A DNA stretch of 63,971 nucleotides, counting the filler, from Octopus bimaculoides (Eukaryota), in the NCBI RefSeq assembly GCF_001194135.2. It is 6 parts of 5 records of this genome, joined end to end, with 100 filler letters (N's around TTAATTAATTAA, not from the genome) between each part and the next. Parts side by side here need not be neighbours in the genome. Positions count along the whole stretch, not along the records: positions 1 to 25,003 come from NC_068998.1; positions 25,104 to 39,652 come from NC_068982.1; 4 more parts are not named here. One strand, written 5' to 3'. The translations under genes were made by a program, and so were the position numbers. The notes beneath the pieces were generated by a model that made no database searches, was not told where the DNA came from, and saw nothing but the letters and a program-made list of their open reading frames with translations. Below are positions 13,114-25,926 of this stretch, in pieces (position 1 is the stretch's first letter; every line of letters begins with the position of its first letter).

Positions 13114-13529
13114 TATACATACATGCATGCATACATACATACACACATACATTCATATATCATTAATTATCGGATTAAATATCACATCTTTAGAAAAAGT
13201 CCATATGTTAATCCTAAAACTGTAATTTTTTTATCTAAGTTCAATTCCTGATAGATGAACAGGAGAAATGTCTAAGTGCCTGGGGTTCAACTGATGGGAA
13301 ACATTCTAAATCTGAGAGCATGTTTTTTTTTAATTTTTGTCTATGTCTGAATTCCATGTTGAGTGAAAATATGCTTAGATTGATTGGGCCCCACACAGTG
13401 AATCAAAAGGTTGATACTTCAAAACTTATCACTGCAAAAGTATTTAGTCAATACCACAGACACACAATCAGATGATACCACAGACACACAAACAGTGGCA
13501 GTGATGATGAATTTGGTGTAAGTCTAGCC

Positions 13530-13795
13530 ATTTTAGGGAAGGGGAGACTCGATTACATGAGACTCCTCCCCTCCACAGTGCTCACACAGTGCTCACATGG
13601 TGCTTATGAAAGGATGACAAAGTCGACCTCAATGGCATTTGAACATGGAATGTAAAGATGGAGAAGAAATGTTGCTAAAAGAAATTTGTCTCAAGTGGTA
13701 ATGATTTTTACCAATGCTGCCCCATGGAATGTAACGACAAAGAAAATACTGCTAAACATTTCATCCAGCATGCGAACAATTCTGCCAGCTCATCA
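13530..13795 (-). repeat. Degenerate SINE family D with a duplicated head segment
   Basis: tcgattacat, aaagtcgacctc..ggcatttgaac and aattctgccagctc motifs. Confidence 0.55.
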
Positions 13796-13854
13796 TTTTA
13801 ACCACCATCATCATCATCATTTAACGTCTGTCTTCCATCACTGCATGAGTCCCC

Positions 13855-14085
13855 GCCTGTGAGATCAATATTCTTCTAGCCATTGCCCATCGTCTCTTTT
13901 CAACCAAATCCAGTGGCTTAATTTTTCCATTGTAGTTTGGATATATAAGATGAGGTAGGACTAACAATAACAACAGTCGCCTCACACTGTGTCCAACAAA
14001 TCCTCTACATCCGACTTCAACCAGAAAACGCTCCGCTTTCCAGCCTGCATCTTCACATTCCTTGAGGAGGTTTACATAATGGTCA
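13855..14085 (-). mobile_element. HERO-like (restriction-like endonuclease) non-LTR retrotransposon 3' coding fragment
   Basis: Minus-strand translation LKECEDAGWKAERFLVEVGCRGFVGHSVRRLL, then after a frameshift SHWIWLKRDDGQW. This matches the EC...GW.A...VEVGCRGF and S.W.W.KR signature of HERO C-termini. Confidence 0.75.
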
Positions 14086-16039
14086 ATCCTTTGAGTAGTA
14101 ATTGACTGGAGTTAGTATCAGCAACGGAATGTGATAAATCGAATTGAGAAAACCCAAGTGTATTACAGATATCAACTTATTATTTGGATCCCTGAAGAGA
14201 TAAAACGTCAGATAATGACACAAGGTTTTGAACTTAGAATGCTAAAGAAACATAGCTTGAGGTGGGGCAGGTGGGCAAATTTATGTGTAAATCATTTGGT
14301 TTGACATTTCTAGCTTGGTCTGCTATCTCAATGCCTTTAGTTATTAATATTAACAACCTGATGATTTAATATTCATCAGAAATATTCTTCACGTAAACTT
14401 TGGTTTATGTTGAAAAGTTACATTCAAAGTTTCGTATTTTAGTTTCCATTCTTTTATTTTATTACATGTTATCATATTTCAGACTCTCTTCTTACACTTT
14501 TCATTTCATAATTTTATCTATGAATGCACACAAATTTATAAACTTGAAAATTCATATTGACAAAATACCAGTGAGTTTGATGCTGGTCTGAAAAAATAAA
14601 TATTATGATGATCATCATCATTATCATGTCATGGTTATCAACATTATTATTGTTATTATGATCTTTCTTAAATCGGAGGCAGGATTTCAAAACTAATAAA
14701 TTACGACCCTGGCTTTAATTGGGCATTAAAGTTGACACATTTCCAAAGTTAATTCTAATTGAAAAGTACTTAGAGCATCATGGGACTTAGTTTCAGAATG
14801 AAAATGATAATTTATTTATTCTTAAAACATTATTTTCATCTTTTCCTTCCACTTTCTTTTGGACAAATTACATCTGTTCAACAAAAGGAAAAAAAGAATA
14901 ATAATAAATAACGATCAACATAAAATAATTTAATGAAAACCGAAACCAAAAACAAAACAAAAATTCCCAAAATAAACACATAGCAAATTAATTAGTTTTT
15001 ATTTCAAATTTTAGTTAAAATTTGTACAAAATTAAATTCATTAAAATATCAGTTCCTGTGATAATTAAATTATGGTCATATTTTGTATTTTGTTTTTGTT
15101 TGTTTGTTTGTTTTTTTGACAGATATTTTTGAAGTTTTCTGTTTGTTATTTTAGTCTTTTCAAGATGAGCAGGNNNNNNNNNNNNNNNNNNNNNNNNNNN
15201 NNNNNNNNNNNNNNNNNNNNNNNNNNNNNNNNNNNNNNNNNGGGGGGTGGGGGTGGGTGGTACAGTCACTTTATCTAAACTACTAAACTTTACAAACACA
15301 CAAACACACTCAATCCAATCACATATACACACATGCAAGCACACACACAAGCAAACACACACACAGACACACACACACACTTCCACATACACAAACACAC
15401 ATGGACACACATAAGCTACATACAAATATATACATTGTCTGTATCTGTTGTGAACATCTTCATCACAGTGGTAATGAGGCTGGCGGTGATGATGGTGGCA
15501 ACGATGGCACCGGTTGGAATGTTATTTTATGAAGTTATAAATTTCATATATTCTAATCCTTTGCATGATTCTTCTTGGATATTGTTTAATGGAAATGAAT
15601 TGCAGCCCCCTATTTTTTTTTATTATTTTTTTATTTATTTTCTAACCTTCCTGTAAAATCTTTGATGCTACAAATAATTCTATAATGTCAGGGATTAATT
15701 GATATCTTCAAGTGAAACGACCTTCGTTTATGGCTCTCATATTAATGACCTGTGTATCAATCAACACAGGGGTTGATTCCATTGCCAAGAATACCATTAG
15801 TTATAAGCATCTAAATCAGTCACCATCGACCCTGATAAAAAATTTACCGGTTCCAATTTTATCAACGGTGAAGGATTGCTTTTTTTTTTTTTTCGCTTAA
15901 TTTTTCTTATTTCAATGGCTTAATCAAGGGATAGAAAGAAGCAACTATGGAACTTTTACAGAATCTTTCAACGTGATTATTGCAGCAGGGAAATGACAGG
16001 TTGGGTTATTCTCAAACTAGAGATGTTGTCATTCTTTTA

Positions 16040-16251
16040 TTCTTTTATTCTTTTAGTTGTTTTGGTCATTTGACTGCGGCCATGCTGGAGCACCGCCTTT
16101 TAGTCGAGCAAATCGACCCCCAGGACTCATTCTTTGTAAGACTAGTACTTATTGTACCGGTCTCTTTTGCCGAACTGCTAAGTTATGGGGACGTAAACAC
16201 ACCAGCATCGGTTGTCAAGCGATGTTGGGGGAACAAACACAGACACATAGG

Positions 16252-16328
<77 letters not shown>

Positions 16329-16490
16329 TACTATGGGCTCCTTTCAGTTTCTGTCTACCAAATCCACTCACAAAGCTTTGGTCAGCCCGAGGCTATAGTA
16401 GAAGACACTTGCCCAAGGTGCCACACAATGGGACTGAACCCAGAACCATGTGGTTGTTAAGCAAACTACTTACCACACAGTCACTCCTGC
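16040..16490 (-). mobile_element. Near-complete SINE family B with internal (CA)/(TA) microsatellite
   Basis: Tail, microsatellite and tRNA-like head are all present. ORF 15980..16513 is just this repeat. Confidence 0.85.
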
Positions 16491-16494
16491 CAGT

Positions 16495-16885
16495 AATTTT
16501 AGGGAAGGGGTAACTCAATTACATTGATCCCCAATATTTTACTGGTACCTATTTTATTAACCCTGAAAGGATGTAAGGTAAAGTAGACCCTGCTGGCATT
16601 TGAACTCAGAACATAGCAGCATGGAAAACCAGTGTGCTAATAATTCTGCCAGCTCACTGCTTCATCTATTGGTTTCCCATTCTGGTGCAAGGCCAGTAAT
16701 TTCAGGGGAAGGAGTATGTTGATTACATCGACCCCCAGGGCTCAACTGGTACTTATTTTATCTACCCCAAAAGGAGCAAAGACCAAGTCAACCTCAGTGG
16801 AAATTGAACTCAGTACGTAAAGACAGACGAAATGCCTCTAAGCATCTCACCCAATGTGCTCACAATTCTGCCAGCTTGACACCTT
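16495..16885 (-). repeat. Two adjacent degenerate family D SINEs
   Basis: Two ggggaagg..gattacat..actggtac..atttgaactcag..aattctgccagc blocks, at about 16495-16660 and 16680-16885. Confidence 0.7.
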
Positions 16886-17893
16886 CATTTACTCATTAAT
16901 ATTCATTGATATTAGATAAAATAAATCCCAGCTTGTCATCACCTTTTTAATCACTACTAACCTGTATGGCCTTCTGCCAGAAGAAATTAATGGTGCATGA
17001 AACCAAATAACTTGTTATATTTATTTATTTACTTACAACCTTTGACTTCCTTTTATCAAGTTTCACCTATGTCATCTTAATCTTCGCTCCGCAATGAAAA
17101 CCAAGTACTGTGTTTAATTGTATCAGTCATGTTCTCCACTGGTATGAAACATGTCCTCTGTTTCCTCCTAGATCATTCTACCAGGACTTTACTCTCATTC
17201 AAAACAGCAGCGGCAAGCTTTGTGGCAGGATATGCACCAGATGCATGGGGCCGCCAGTGATGGAAAGCACCAGTGGACCTGGTCACCTCCATGCATGATT
17301 ACATTTCTGGGACCACTAAGTTGGGATGACCCCCAGCTCCATCAAGCAAGAGCATGAAGCAAGAAGCAAGCAAACAGGTTCCCCACATTATTTCAAAATT
17401 TGGGAACAGTTGGGGGTGATCTATGTAAAAATTGAAAAAAAAACTATATATAGTGTCAGTGCGTAATAATTGTTGATAATCAACTAAGCATGAAACATGT
17501 GTAAGTGTACATGTTATAGTAACTCTATATAGTACCATAGCTCATGATTATTTCCTGTTTATTTCATCATTCACATCTCTTAGCACTTATCTTTCATCTT
17601 TTACTTGCTTCAGTCATAGGATTGTGGTTATGCTGGAGTTTTGCAATCTTGAAGGATTTTAACTGAATGTATCAACCCCAGTTCTATGTTTTAAGGCTGG
17701 TACTCATTCTGTTGGTTTCTTATACTGAACTGCTGAGTTACAGCAACATAAACAAACCAGCGCCAGTTGTTAAACAGTGGAAGAGGAGAAACAGAACCAC
17801 ACACATTCACACACAACACACACTCACACGCATACTCACACACTCATGTACATACAGACATATAACAGCATCTGATCTAAGCAATGGTTAGGA

Positions 17894-18140
17894 AAACAAA
17901 GTTTAGGTTAGTTAAAATATGTTTGTGACACATTTCAACTTCTAAAGGCAAATTCACTGCTGTTACTGTGGAGAAAAAAAATTCTCTCTTATGATAAAAG
18001 GTAAAAAAACACATTACCTGTCCAGTTTTTACAACTTTTAGCATAAGAGAGAAATTTTACTCCATGGTAGCAGCAGTGAATTTGTCTTTAGAAGTTAAAA
18101 TATTTCACAAGCGTATTTTTAACTAACCCAAAGTTTGTTT
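17894..18140. mobile_element. Fold-back/MITE-like element with ~100-bp imperfect inverted arms
   Basis: Left arm aaacaaagtttaggttagttaaaa...ctaaaggcaaattcactgctg pairs with right arm cagcagtgaatttgtctttag...ttttaactaacccaaagtttgttt. Confidence 0.7.
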
Positions 18141-18155
18141 ATATATATATATATA

Positions 18156-19023
18156 CAGGGTATGTAAAATATTTGAGAACAAATTTATGTTTATAAAAAA
18201 AAAACAGATATATAATAACAGATAATAACTTTATTTATCAAAAAATGCTATGAGGATAAAAATAAACCTTCTTTCCTATAATGTTATTCAATAAAGCCAC
18301 TTTCAACTTCAACAACTGCTTCTATATGAGATCTAAATCATCTACAAGTTCGAATCAAGTGGTCCTGGTTCATTTTGGACATTACTCTGACTATGGCAGC
18401 TTTCAAAGAATCGTTGGTGTTATGGGCATGTTCATCGATCTTTCTCTCAACAACGCTCTACATATAATAGTCCAATGGATTGAGATCTGGGGATTTAGGA
18501 GCACAAATGTTAGGGGTTATGCGATCATGAAAATCTTCAGCCATCCATTTCTGTGTTGTTAGAGTCATGTGTGATAGTGCAAAATCTTACTGAAACACAT
18601 ATGGCCTTCCATTGCACACACTGTCTATCCAGGGCTTAACAATTATTTCCAGGACTCCAATATATTTTGTTAACTGGGATTGTAATCAATGGTCTATTGA
18701 ACACGTTAGATAAATTCAGGTGTTCTGATAATTTTAGAGCATTTAGAATGCTTTTTATGCTTTAATACTGGTGATATGTTTCCATCTTCCGTCTGTAGCT
18801 CCTTACAAACCTTGTAGACGAAAGATCTAGCAACTTTTAAAAATCAAGATATTTCTAAATCGCTATGCTCAGCCTTTATAACCCCAATAACAACATGCCT
18901 CTTCATTTCTTGGGTTAGCTGACGGTCTGCCATTATTATTTTCTGAAACAAGATTATACAGAGTTAACAAAAATGCAGCAATGACCCTAAAAAGGTATGT
19001 CCTCAAATACCTTATGCATCCCG
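18156..19023 (-). mobile_element. Internally deleted DD37D (maT/Bmmar1-like) transposon with TIRs
   Basis: Diverged TIRs cagggtatgtaaaatatttgag and (rc) cgggatgcataaggtatttgag, both flanked by TA. Homologous to 32760-33929 but lacks roughly 400 bp of the middle. Confidence 0.8.
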
Positions 19024-20166
19024 TATATATATATATATATATATATNNNNNNNNNNNNNNNNNNNNNNNNNNNNNNNNNNNNNNNNNNNNNNNNNNNNNN
19101 NNNNNNNNNNNNNNNNNNNNNNNNNNNNNNNNNNNNNNNNNNNNNNNNNNNNNNNNNNNNNNNNNNGATTGGAGCCTGGTGTTGCCATCCGGTTTCACCA
19201 GTCCTCAGTCAAATCATCCAACCCATGCTAGCATGGAAAGCGGGCGTTAAACGATGACGATGATGATGATGATGATATATATATATATATATAGCAGAAG
19301 ATACTTGCCCAGGTGCCATACAGAGGGACTGAACCCAAGTAAACTTCTCACCACACAGACATATCTACACCTACATACTATTACATTTTATGTCTATTTC
19401 CCAGATGGCACCATATTCCATCTTTGCTTCACAGTTAGCATCATATTTCAACTTATATTTATGTAAGCAATATACTTCATATCTATTTTTTTACCATTAG
19501 ACCCATATTTCCTGTTTGCTTCCAAGTTAGTACAATACATTTATTTCATGATCTGTACAATATTTCGAGATTATTTCTCACTTAACCCCATGTTTCAAGC
19601 ATATCAATACATTTCATCCTTATTTTAGTTAGCACCCATATCTCAATTTATTTCACAGTTAGCAACATATTCCATGTTTATTTTTAGTTAGCAATATATT
19701 TTATGTTTATTTCAGTTAGCAACATATTTCATATTTATTTCACAGTTTTATTTTGTATATTAATTTAACAGTCAATAAAAAGCAATTTTCATTTCAATAA
19801 ATATCTTTCACCATCTCTTAATTCAAATAATTCCATTTAAACACACACATGTTCTTGAATTTCTTTGTGTATATTTATATATTTGTTATGTTTCTCTTGA
19901 CATATTTAATTCGATATAATGTGTTCATATATACGTGTGTGTGTGTGTGTGTGGGTGTGTGTGTGTGTGTGCGTGCGTGCGTTGGTGTGTGTGTATGCAT
20001 GTGCACACGTGCATATATATATATATGTATGTCTTCATGTGTGATAAGTTTCAATGTGCTCACATAGATGCGTGTATGTATATATGTGTGTATATGAATA
20101 TTTTTCCATCTGCGTATTTTATGTACGTACTCTATGCAAATATAGAATACCACTGAAAACAGACAT

Positions 20167-20218
<52 letters not shown>

Positions 20219-20947
20219 AAGCACACAAATAATTCTATACATATATAGATATACATATAGATACATACAAACAGACACATGCATTTCTGCAAAAGCATAT
20301 ACATACTCATAAGCGCTCACACATAAATACATAGACATATATACACTGACACACATACCCACATTCTAGTGGGGACACACACATACACACATACATACAT
20401 ATACACACACGGGTTCTCATACCTTACTGCTTTTATTCATTTCCATTCTAAATAAACTAATGAGAGAGATATTTAATAACTGTTATTGAACTGACTACAA
20501 ATATATTTGACAACTTTATTGAAGTGTTTTTACAGAGAGAGAATGGATCTTTTATGGTTGGTCTGTTTATTTATGTCTTCGTAAAGAAATAAGGAATAAT
20601 TCTGAAGACAAAGGATTCATGGAGATTACATGAATCTTCATCCATCACTTCTATTATAATGTCTTTTATGGAAATCACACCATTCTTTCGTCCTAGCTCC
20701 CTTTATCTCCCTCTCTCCCATTTCTCTCCCTCTCTCTCTCTTTCTCCTCTCTCTCTCTCTCTTTGTATTTAAATCAGTAAGTGTGAGTGTGTGAAAAATA
20801 GAATGTGTGTATGCGTGTGAGCTCACAAGTGTGTGTGGGTGTGAGTGGGTGTGAGTGCATGTATGTGAAGGTACAAGTGTTTTTGAGTGTGAAAGTGTGT
20901 GAGTGCAAGTGTATGTGTGTGTGTGTGTGTGTATGTGCAAGTGAGCA

Positions 20948-20979
<32 letters not shown>

Positions 20980-21083
20980 CATGTGTGTGCATGCATGTAC
21001 ATGCGTGTGAGAGAGTGTTTTGTGTGGACAAGTGAGAAAGTAAGAGAGTATTTGTGTTTGTGCACATATATATTCACACAAGT

Positions 21084-21115
<32 letters not shown>

Positions 21116-21357
21116 CTAAGTACATTTGTGTGCGCTAGGGCATTTCTGTGTACGTACATGTGTGATTCGTTGTAAGTGAGTGTATGAATGAGTTCAAATC
21201 CTACTAAGTTTTATTTTGAATTCCACCCACCCTACGTAAAATACTAATGTTCTGGGCTGAATGTCACCGACTGCCCTTATCACCACAATGCTTGCATACG
21301 GTACAGGAACAATGAAAGGAACTTTGCCTTTCGGGGTCAATTATATAAGTACCAGTT

Positions 21358-21396
<39 letters not shown>

Positions 21397-21449
21397 TCAT
21401 CATCGAAAAATACATTAGGAATGAGAACCCAGGTTCAAAATTTCCCCAA

Positions 21450-21495
21450 AACACCTGATGAAGGCTGGAGGGTATATCAGCTGAAACGTTGTGTT
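21450..21495 (+). ncRNA. Minimal type I hammerhead ribozyme motif (family 1) in a ~150-bp Penelope-like repeat (about 21397-21552)
   Basis: AACAC-CTGATGA-A-GGCTG-[10 nt]-CAGCT-GAAA-CGTT-GTGTT: stem I AACAC/GTGTT, canonical core, 5-bp stem II, palindromic stem III (AACGTT), GUU cleavage triplet. Confidence 0.8.
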
Positions 21496-21779
21496 AACAA
21501 CAAACAAGATGAGGCCGCATATCCATCAAATGTAAATAATGTAAATAATGTACTTGGGATCTTTCTGTGCATTTGAAAACAAAATCTGTATACTGTTCAT
21601 GCTTAGTATTTATTTCTCATGTGCATCTACCGTATTTAAAGTCTACTTTGTTAAGCTACATGTAATACCACTGAACCACTTGTATATCCATAATTGTACT
21701 GAATATACCATATGGGTTGTTTTCCTATTTCTTTTCTACAACCAACAAAGACCATTTCCTGGCTAAAAGTAGATCCTAG

Positions 21780-22135
21780 TCTGTTAACCTAATTGCTAAA
21801 ATTTTGATTATTACCAAATTAACTTTAGAGCCCTTTCACTCCAGTCTTTGCTTCCACACATGGAATTTCTTCTTTATTTCCACTAGATTTCAACATAGAA
21901 ATGAGTTCATCAGTTCCCATAGGCATCTGGTTTTATGCTTCTCTAATGAATAGGAATAGGACTGAGAACAGAGCTCTGATGAACTCCTAGTTGCACATTA
22001 ACTGTAGCACTTCTGCACGTGGCTTGTATGTCTCTCCCAAACCATTCTTCTTTTCCACTAGCTTCTTCAGCAACCACCAGATAACAGAGGAAAGGACTGT
22101 CTTGAAGTCCTTCTCTATGTTGACAAATCTATACC
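21780..22135 (-). mobile_element. RTE-like reverse-transcriptase fragment
   Basis: Minus-strand peptides FVNIEKDF..V..SVIWW.LKKL, VQLGVHQSSVLSP and KKKFHVWKQRLE*KG.KVNL resemble RTE RT domains. Confidence 0.75.
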
Positions 22136-24266
22136 ACCATTATCACTTAAAGTAAATGTGTTTAGTGGTGGTCATTTTTTTAGATAATCCTAACCTTTGT
22201 TGTCACTCAAAATAATAGGAGGAAAGCTTGCATTGATGATAGTGGTGAACCAACTGATATGAATCGCTGGAAGCCTGTAACAAGTAATGTTTACTTTCTG
22301 AAACATGTATACATGAAGCATATTTACCAATGCATAGCCTTGCAGGCTTGCGCCACTTTCACAAATACATACATGGGTATAAACACCCGTTTCCTGACAC
22401 ACTAGCACACCCTTGCACACAAGCACACAAATTCGCATGCATACATGCATACAGTTTAGATACATTGGCATGCATTGATACATACTTGCAAACATACAGA
22501 CATGTATTATTCTCTATGATGAGAAGTTATTTAATTTTCTTCCATACAACCAAAAGAATTGGTTCCTCAGAAGAAAGTCGGAACAATATCCTCTACTCTT
22601 GCATATAGCTTAAATCTTGCACTTGTAATCAAATACTCACAGGCTAATCCCTCTCATAAATCTGATTAAACAAGTCTTCCTGAAGACAGCTGAATGCTAT
22701 ATTTTGTTATTTGTTGCTCTTTTTTTCCCCCCATGTCTATAACATGTTCTTTACAAGAAATTTTCCTGGGTTTCTGTTTAGGTCTCTTCTTAACTTCAAC
22801 TTTTTAACAATTTTCCTTTTGCTTTTTTGTTTTTTTACATTTTGGTTTTATCTCCTTTTTTTTTTTATCTTATTTGTTTTCTTACAAATTATTCTTCCCG
22901 ATAAAATTTTAAAAATATAGAAGCAAAGCAAGAACATCACTGTATCTCTAAGAATATGAGGCCACAACAAGTTACGCAAAATAGATAGAAAATATGTAGA
23001 AAAAAATGCAAAGGTTCAATAGCTAATATTTCTCTTCATACAACTATCTTACTAATTTTTCAAAATATTAGATAATGCTAAACACTTTGTCTTTTGTATT
23101 AGTTTGGTATCATTATTATATTTATGTTTTTATTTTTTTTTAATACTTATATTGTTTAGAAAAATGGTGGGTAACCAGCAGCTAAATTACAGGACGAGAG
23201 AGGTTGTTCCTTGCAAAATGGATTAAAGCATGCTATATACCCTGTATCAGTTCTTATTTGGAGTTACTGCCTTCCAAGCTAAGTAGGCTGTGATGTGTCT
23301 TGAATTTAAAGCCACCTGAGACTAGCCTCTACCTCTTCAGTAATCTCAGAAAGAGAATGATTTTATAAACAACCATATCAACCGCCATATCAAAGTCCTC
23401 ATATAACTACCAGTTGGTAATTCAGCCCTCTAATGGGGTTGTGAAACATGGAAAACATGTAGTTGATACATTACAAACCAGGGAACCTTAAAAATGCAAT
23501 CTCTTCTGAAGATTATTTTCATAACTTTGATTGGATTATGTACATCAGACCAACTCTAGCAACATTGAAATCCACATTACACAAGTTCCAATCAACTGAG
23601 ATGGTTTAGCTATTTGCTGTGCATAGCACTATGTATTTGAGCTACATTTCAATCCCAAGGAGATTTTGTGTCTCCCACAAAGGATTAATTTCAACTGGTT
23701 ACCCTTTAGTAAATATCTAGCTGCAGTACCAAAACTACAATTCCAAGATCAGCTGAGGATCACTTCAAAGAGGACTGACAGGAAAACTTTGAGAGTGGAA
23801 GACATCATTACACACTCCTGTCTTTAGGAATCCTTAATCCTTTTTGAATTGTTATTGAATATAAAGAGGAGGGACCAAATCACATGACTTCTAGAAGCAA
23901 AGCAAAAAGCCAAAAAAAAAAAATGCATGATCCTTCATTCATGAGGCCCAGGAATAGGGGATGCACTTGCACCCACTAGAATTTTTGTCCGATGCAAAAT
24001 CAAAATTTGCACCCCTACTTACTTTTCTCAGGTTTAGAAAACAGTGAATAAAAAAAAATCATCTGTAAAATACAGCTCAAAGTTAGGTTTCTTCACAAGG
24101 AACAAAGAACAAAAAAATTTAAAAAGAAAAATAATAAGATCTTGTTTGTAAAAAATTTAGGACCAGGGTTTGCACCCACTAAGCAAAGTTCGTTCCCGAG
24201 CCAGTGCTCATAACTTCTCCAACCAACCTACATGTTCTGTAGATTGGGATCTGCTATCAGCAAGGT

Positions 24267-24478
24267 TAAGGTGCCTGGCTCAGTGGTTGGAGTGTCAGGC
24301 TTACAATCATGGGATGGTGAGTTTGATTCCTGGACCGGGCAATGTGTTGCGTTCTTGTGCAAGACACTTCATTTGATGTTGTTCCAGTTCACTCTGCTAT
24401 AGGAATGACTTGTGCCTTGGAAGGGAACTTTCTCAGTGCAATCCTATTGTCATTCCTGACCGAAGCAGGGTCTTAACT
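24267..24478 (+). repeat. tRNA-derived SINE family A, internally deleted
   Basis: tggctcagtggttggag A-box, gagtttgattcc B-box, gcaagacacttcattt core; tail like 10.6 kb. Confidence 0.75.
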
Positions 24479-25103
24479 CTTTATCAGAAAAGCATCCACA
24501 AATGCGAACAATGATAAGCAATAAGCACATGTATGTGTGTGTTTATTCATGCACATATATGTGTATTTATGTATATATAAAAATGTGTATGCATGTATAC
24601 ATACATACATACATGTACATAAGCACACATAGTCAATGTGATTGTATGTTTTAGCGACTACAACTACCACAACCTCCATAACCTCCACAAAATAGTATCT
24701 TGTATAAACTAAGATATTGCAAGCAAACATATCTTTTACTGTGTATACTGTTTCCCTGGCGGAAGCTTCTGGCAAGTGTCAAGCAAATAGTTATCATCGT
24801 GTCTATTGGGGAAGACCGATGTGTGTTTGTGTTTTGGTTCTTTTATTTATATCAGCAAAAACATAATTACATCTGTTAACAGTGGTCAGCCTAGTAGAAA
24901 ACAGATAAGTTTAAAGAAAGAGGAACAAAAACAAACAAAAACAACCAATAACTTTCCTTTAAAAAGATTTGGCTCCGTCTTTCTCTATCTTTATATATAT
25001 ATANNNNNNNNNNNNNNNNNNNNNNNNNNNNNNNNNNNNNNNNNNNNTTAATTAATTAANNNNNNNNNNNNNNNNNNNNNNNNNNNNNNNNNNNNNNNNN
25101 NNN

Positions 25104-25216
25104 CATTTTCAAGTACTGGGGGTGGTTTGTGTTCCCACCAGTTTTTATCATGGGGCAAGTCCAGGTTTTTGCATATTACCCAGTGAATATACTGTGCAGC
25201 TCTATCATGCCTGTTG

Positions 25217-25220
<4 letters not shown>
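25104..25220 (-). mobile_element. Well-preserved R4/Dong-like LINE fragment, 5'-truncated, continuing into a gap
   Basis: Open minus frame LNRHDRAAQYIHWVICKNLDLPHDKNWWEHKPPPVLEN, matching the RHD...IHW.IC...W.EH.P..V.EN region after the CCHC knuckle. It starts directly after an (AAT)n tract. Confidence 0.8.
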
Positions 25221-25260
<40 letters not shown>

Positions 25261-25545
25261 TATTATTATAAGTATTGCTGTTGTTGCTGGCCGTGTCGTT
25301 CATGTACCAGCTGCTGACTTCTCATGAACTAAGGTGGTACCTTCTTATCAAGTCTCGAGAACTTTGCAGAGACTCCTTGCAATGTCAAGTAATGGTGTCT
25401 TCTGGATATGCTGTATTTTCATCTTGATTCCCATCATTCCTAACCAATTAATTTCTTTTACTCACTGTATCTAGGGCACAAACAACTGGCACAATTAGAA
25501 AATTACTATTTGTAAATTTAACAAGAGATATTCAGCAACAGTACT

Positions 25546-25926
25546 TTGGAGTAAAGATTGTTTGCCAACATAACATGGCAGTCCTGGTTTAGGACGAACG
25601 TTGCTGTAATTTAGCCCCAAGAGACATCGTCTTCAGCTGACTATATGACATGGTCTGTGTCCTTATATTTTCGAACAAGGGAATCTAGCACTTCCAATCA
25701 GCTCAAAACAATATCTATGTACCGTGATTTCCGGGTTATTTCCCTTCATCAGTACAGATATTGTTTTGAGCTGAGTGGAGGTGCTAGATTCCCTTGCTCG
25801 AAAATATAAGGACACAGATCGTGTCGTATAGCCAGCTGGAGAAGATGTCTCCTGAGGCTAAATTACAGCAACATTCGTCTTAAGCCAGGACTGCCATGTT
25901 ATGTTGGCAAACAATCTTTACTCCAA
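25546..25926. mobile_element. Inverted-repeat insertion with ~175-bp arms (Penelope-like pseudo-LTR pair)
   Basis: Arms at about 25546-25722 and 25752-25926, roughly 90% identical by eye, with a 29-nt spacer. LINE sequence CAA(C/T)TGGCACAAT is duplicated at 25483-25495 and 25924-25936. Confidence 0.75.
25709..25763 (-). ncRNA. Hammerhead ribozyme-like motif (family 3) at the apex of the inverted repeat
   Basis: Reverse complement CAATATCTGTA-CTGATGA-AGGG-AAATAA-CCCG-GAAA-TCACG-GTA-CATAGATATTG: canonical core, GUA triplet, 10-bp stem I with a mismatch next to the core. Confidence 0.6.

Noticed and set aside
13646-13660. TGGAATGTAAAGA, matching the 5' part of miR-1
   Set aside because: It lies in a decayed family D SINE, the 3' part does not match, and there is no precursor hairpin.
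17110-17538. GC-richer island with short ORFs on both strands
   Set aside because: No start or splice context I could support; possibly a decayed retroelement, but the motifs are too weak to call.
23940-24205. Possible hAT-like non-autonomous element with three TGCACCC motifs; a similar hAT-like end near 51775
   Set aside because: Termini are too degenerate and no 8-bp TSD could be confirmed by eye.
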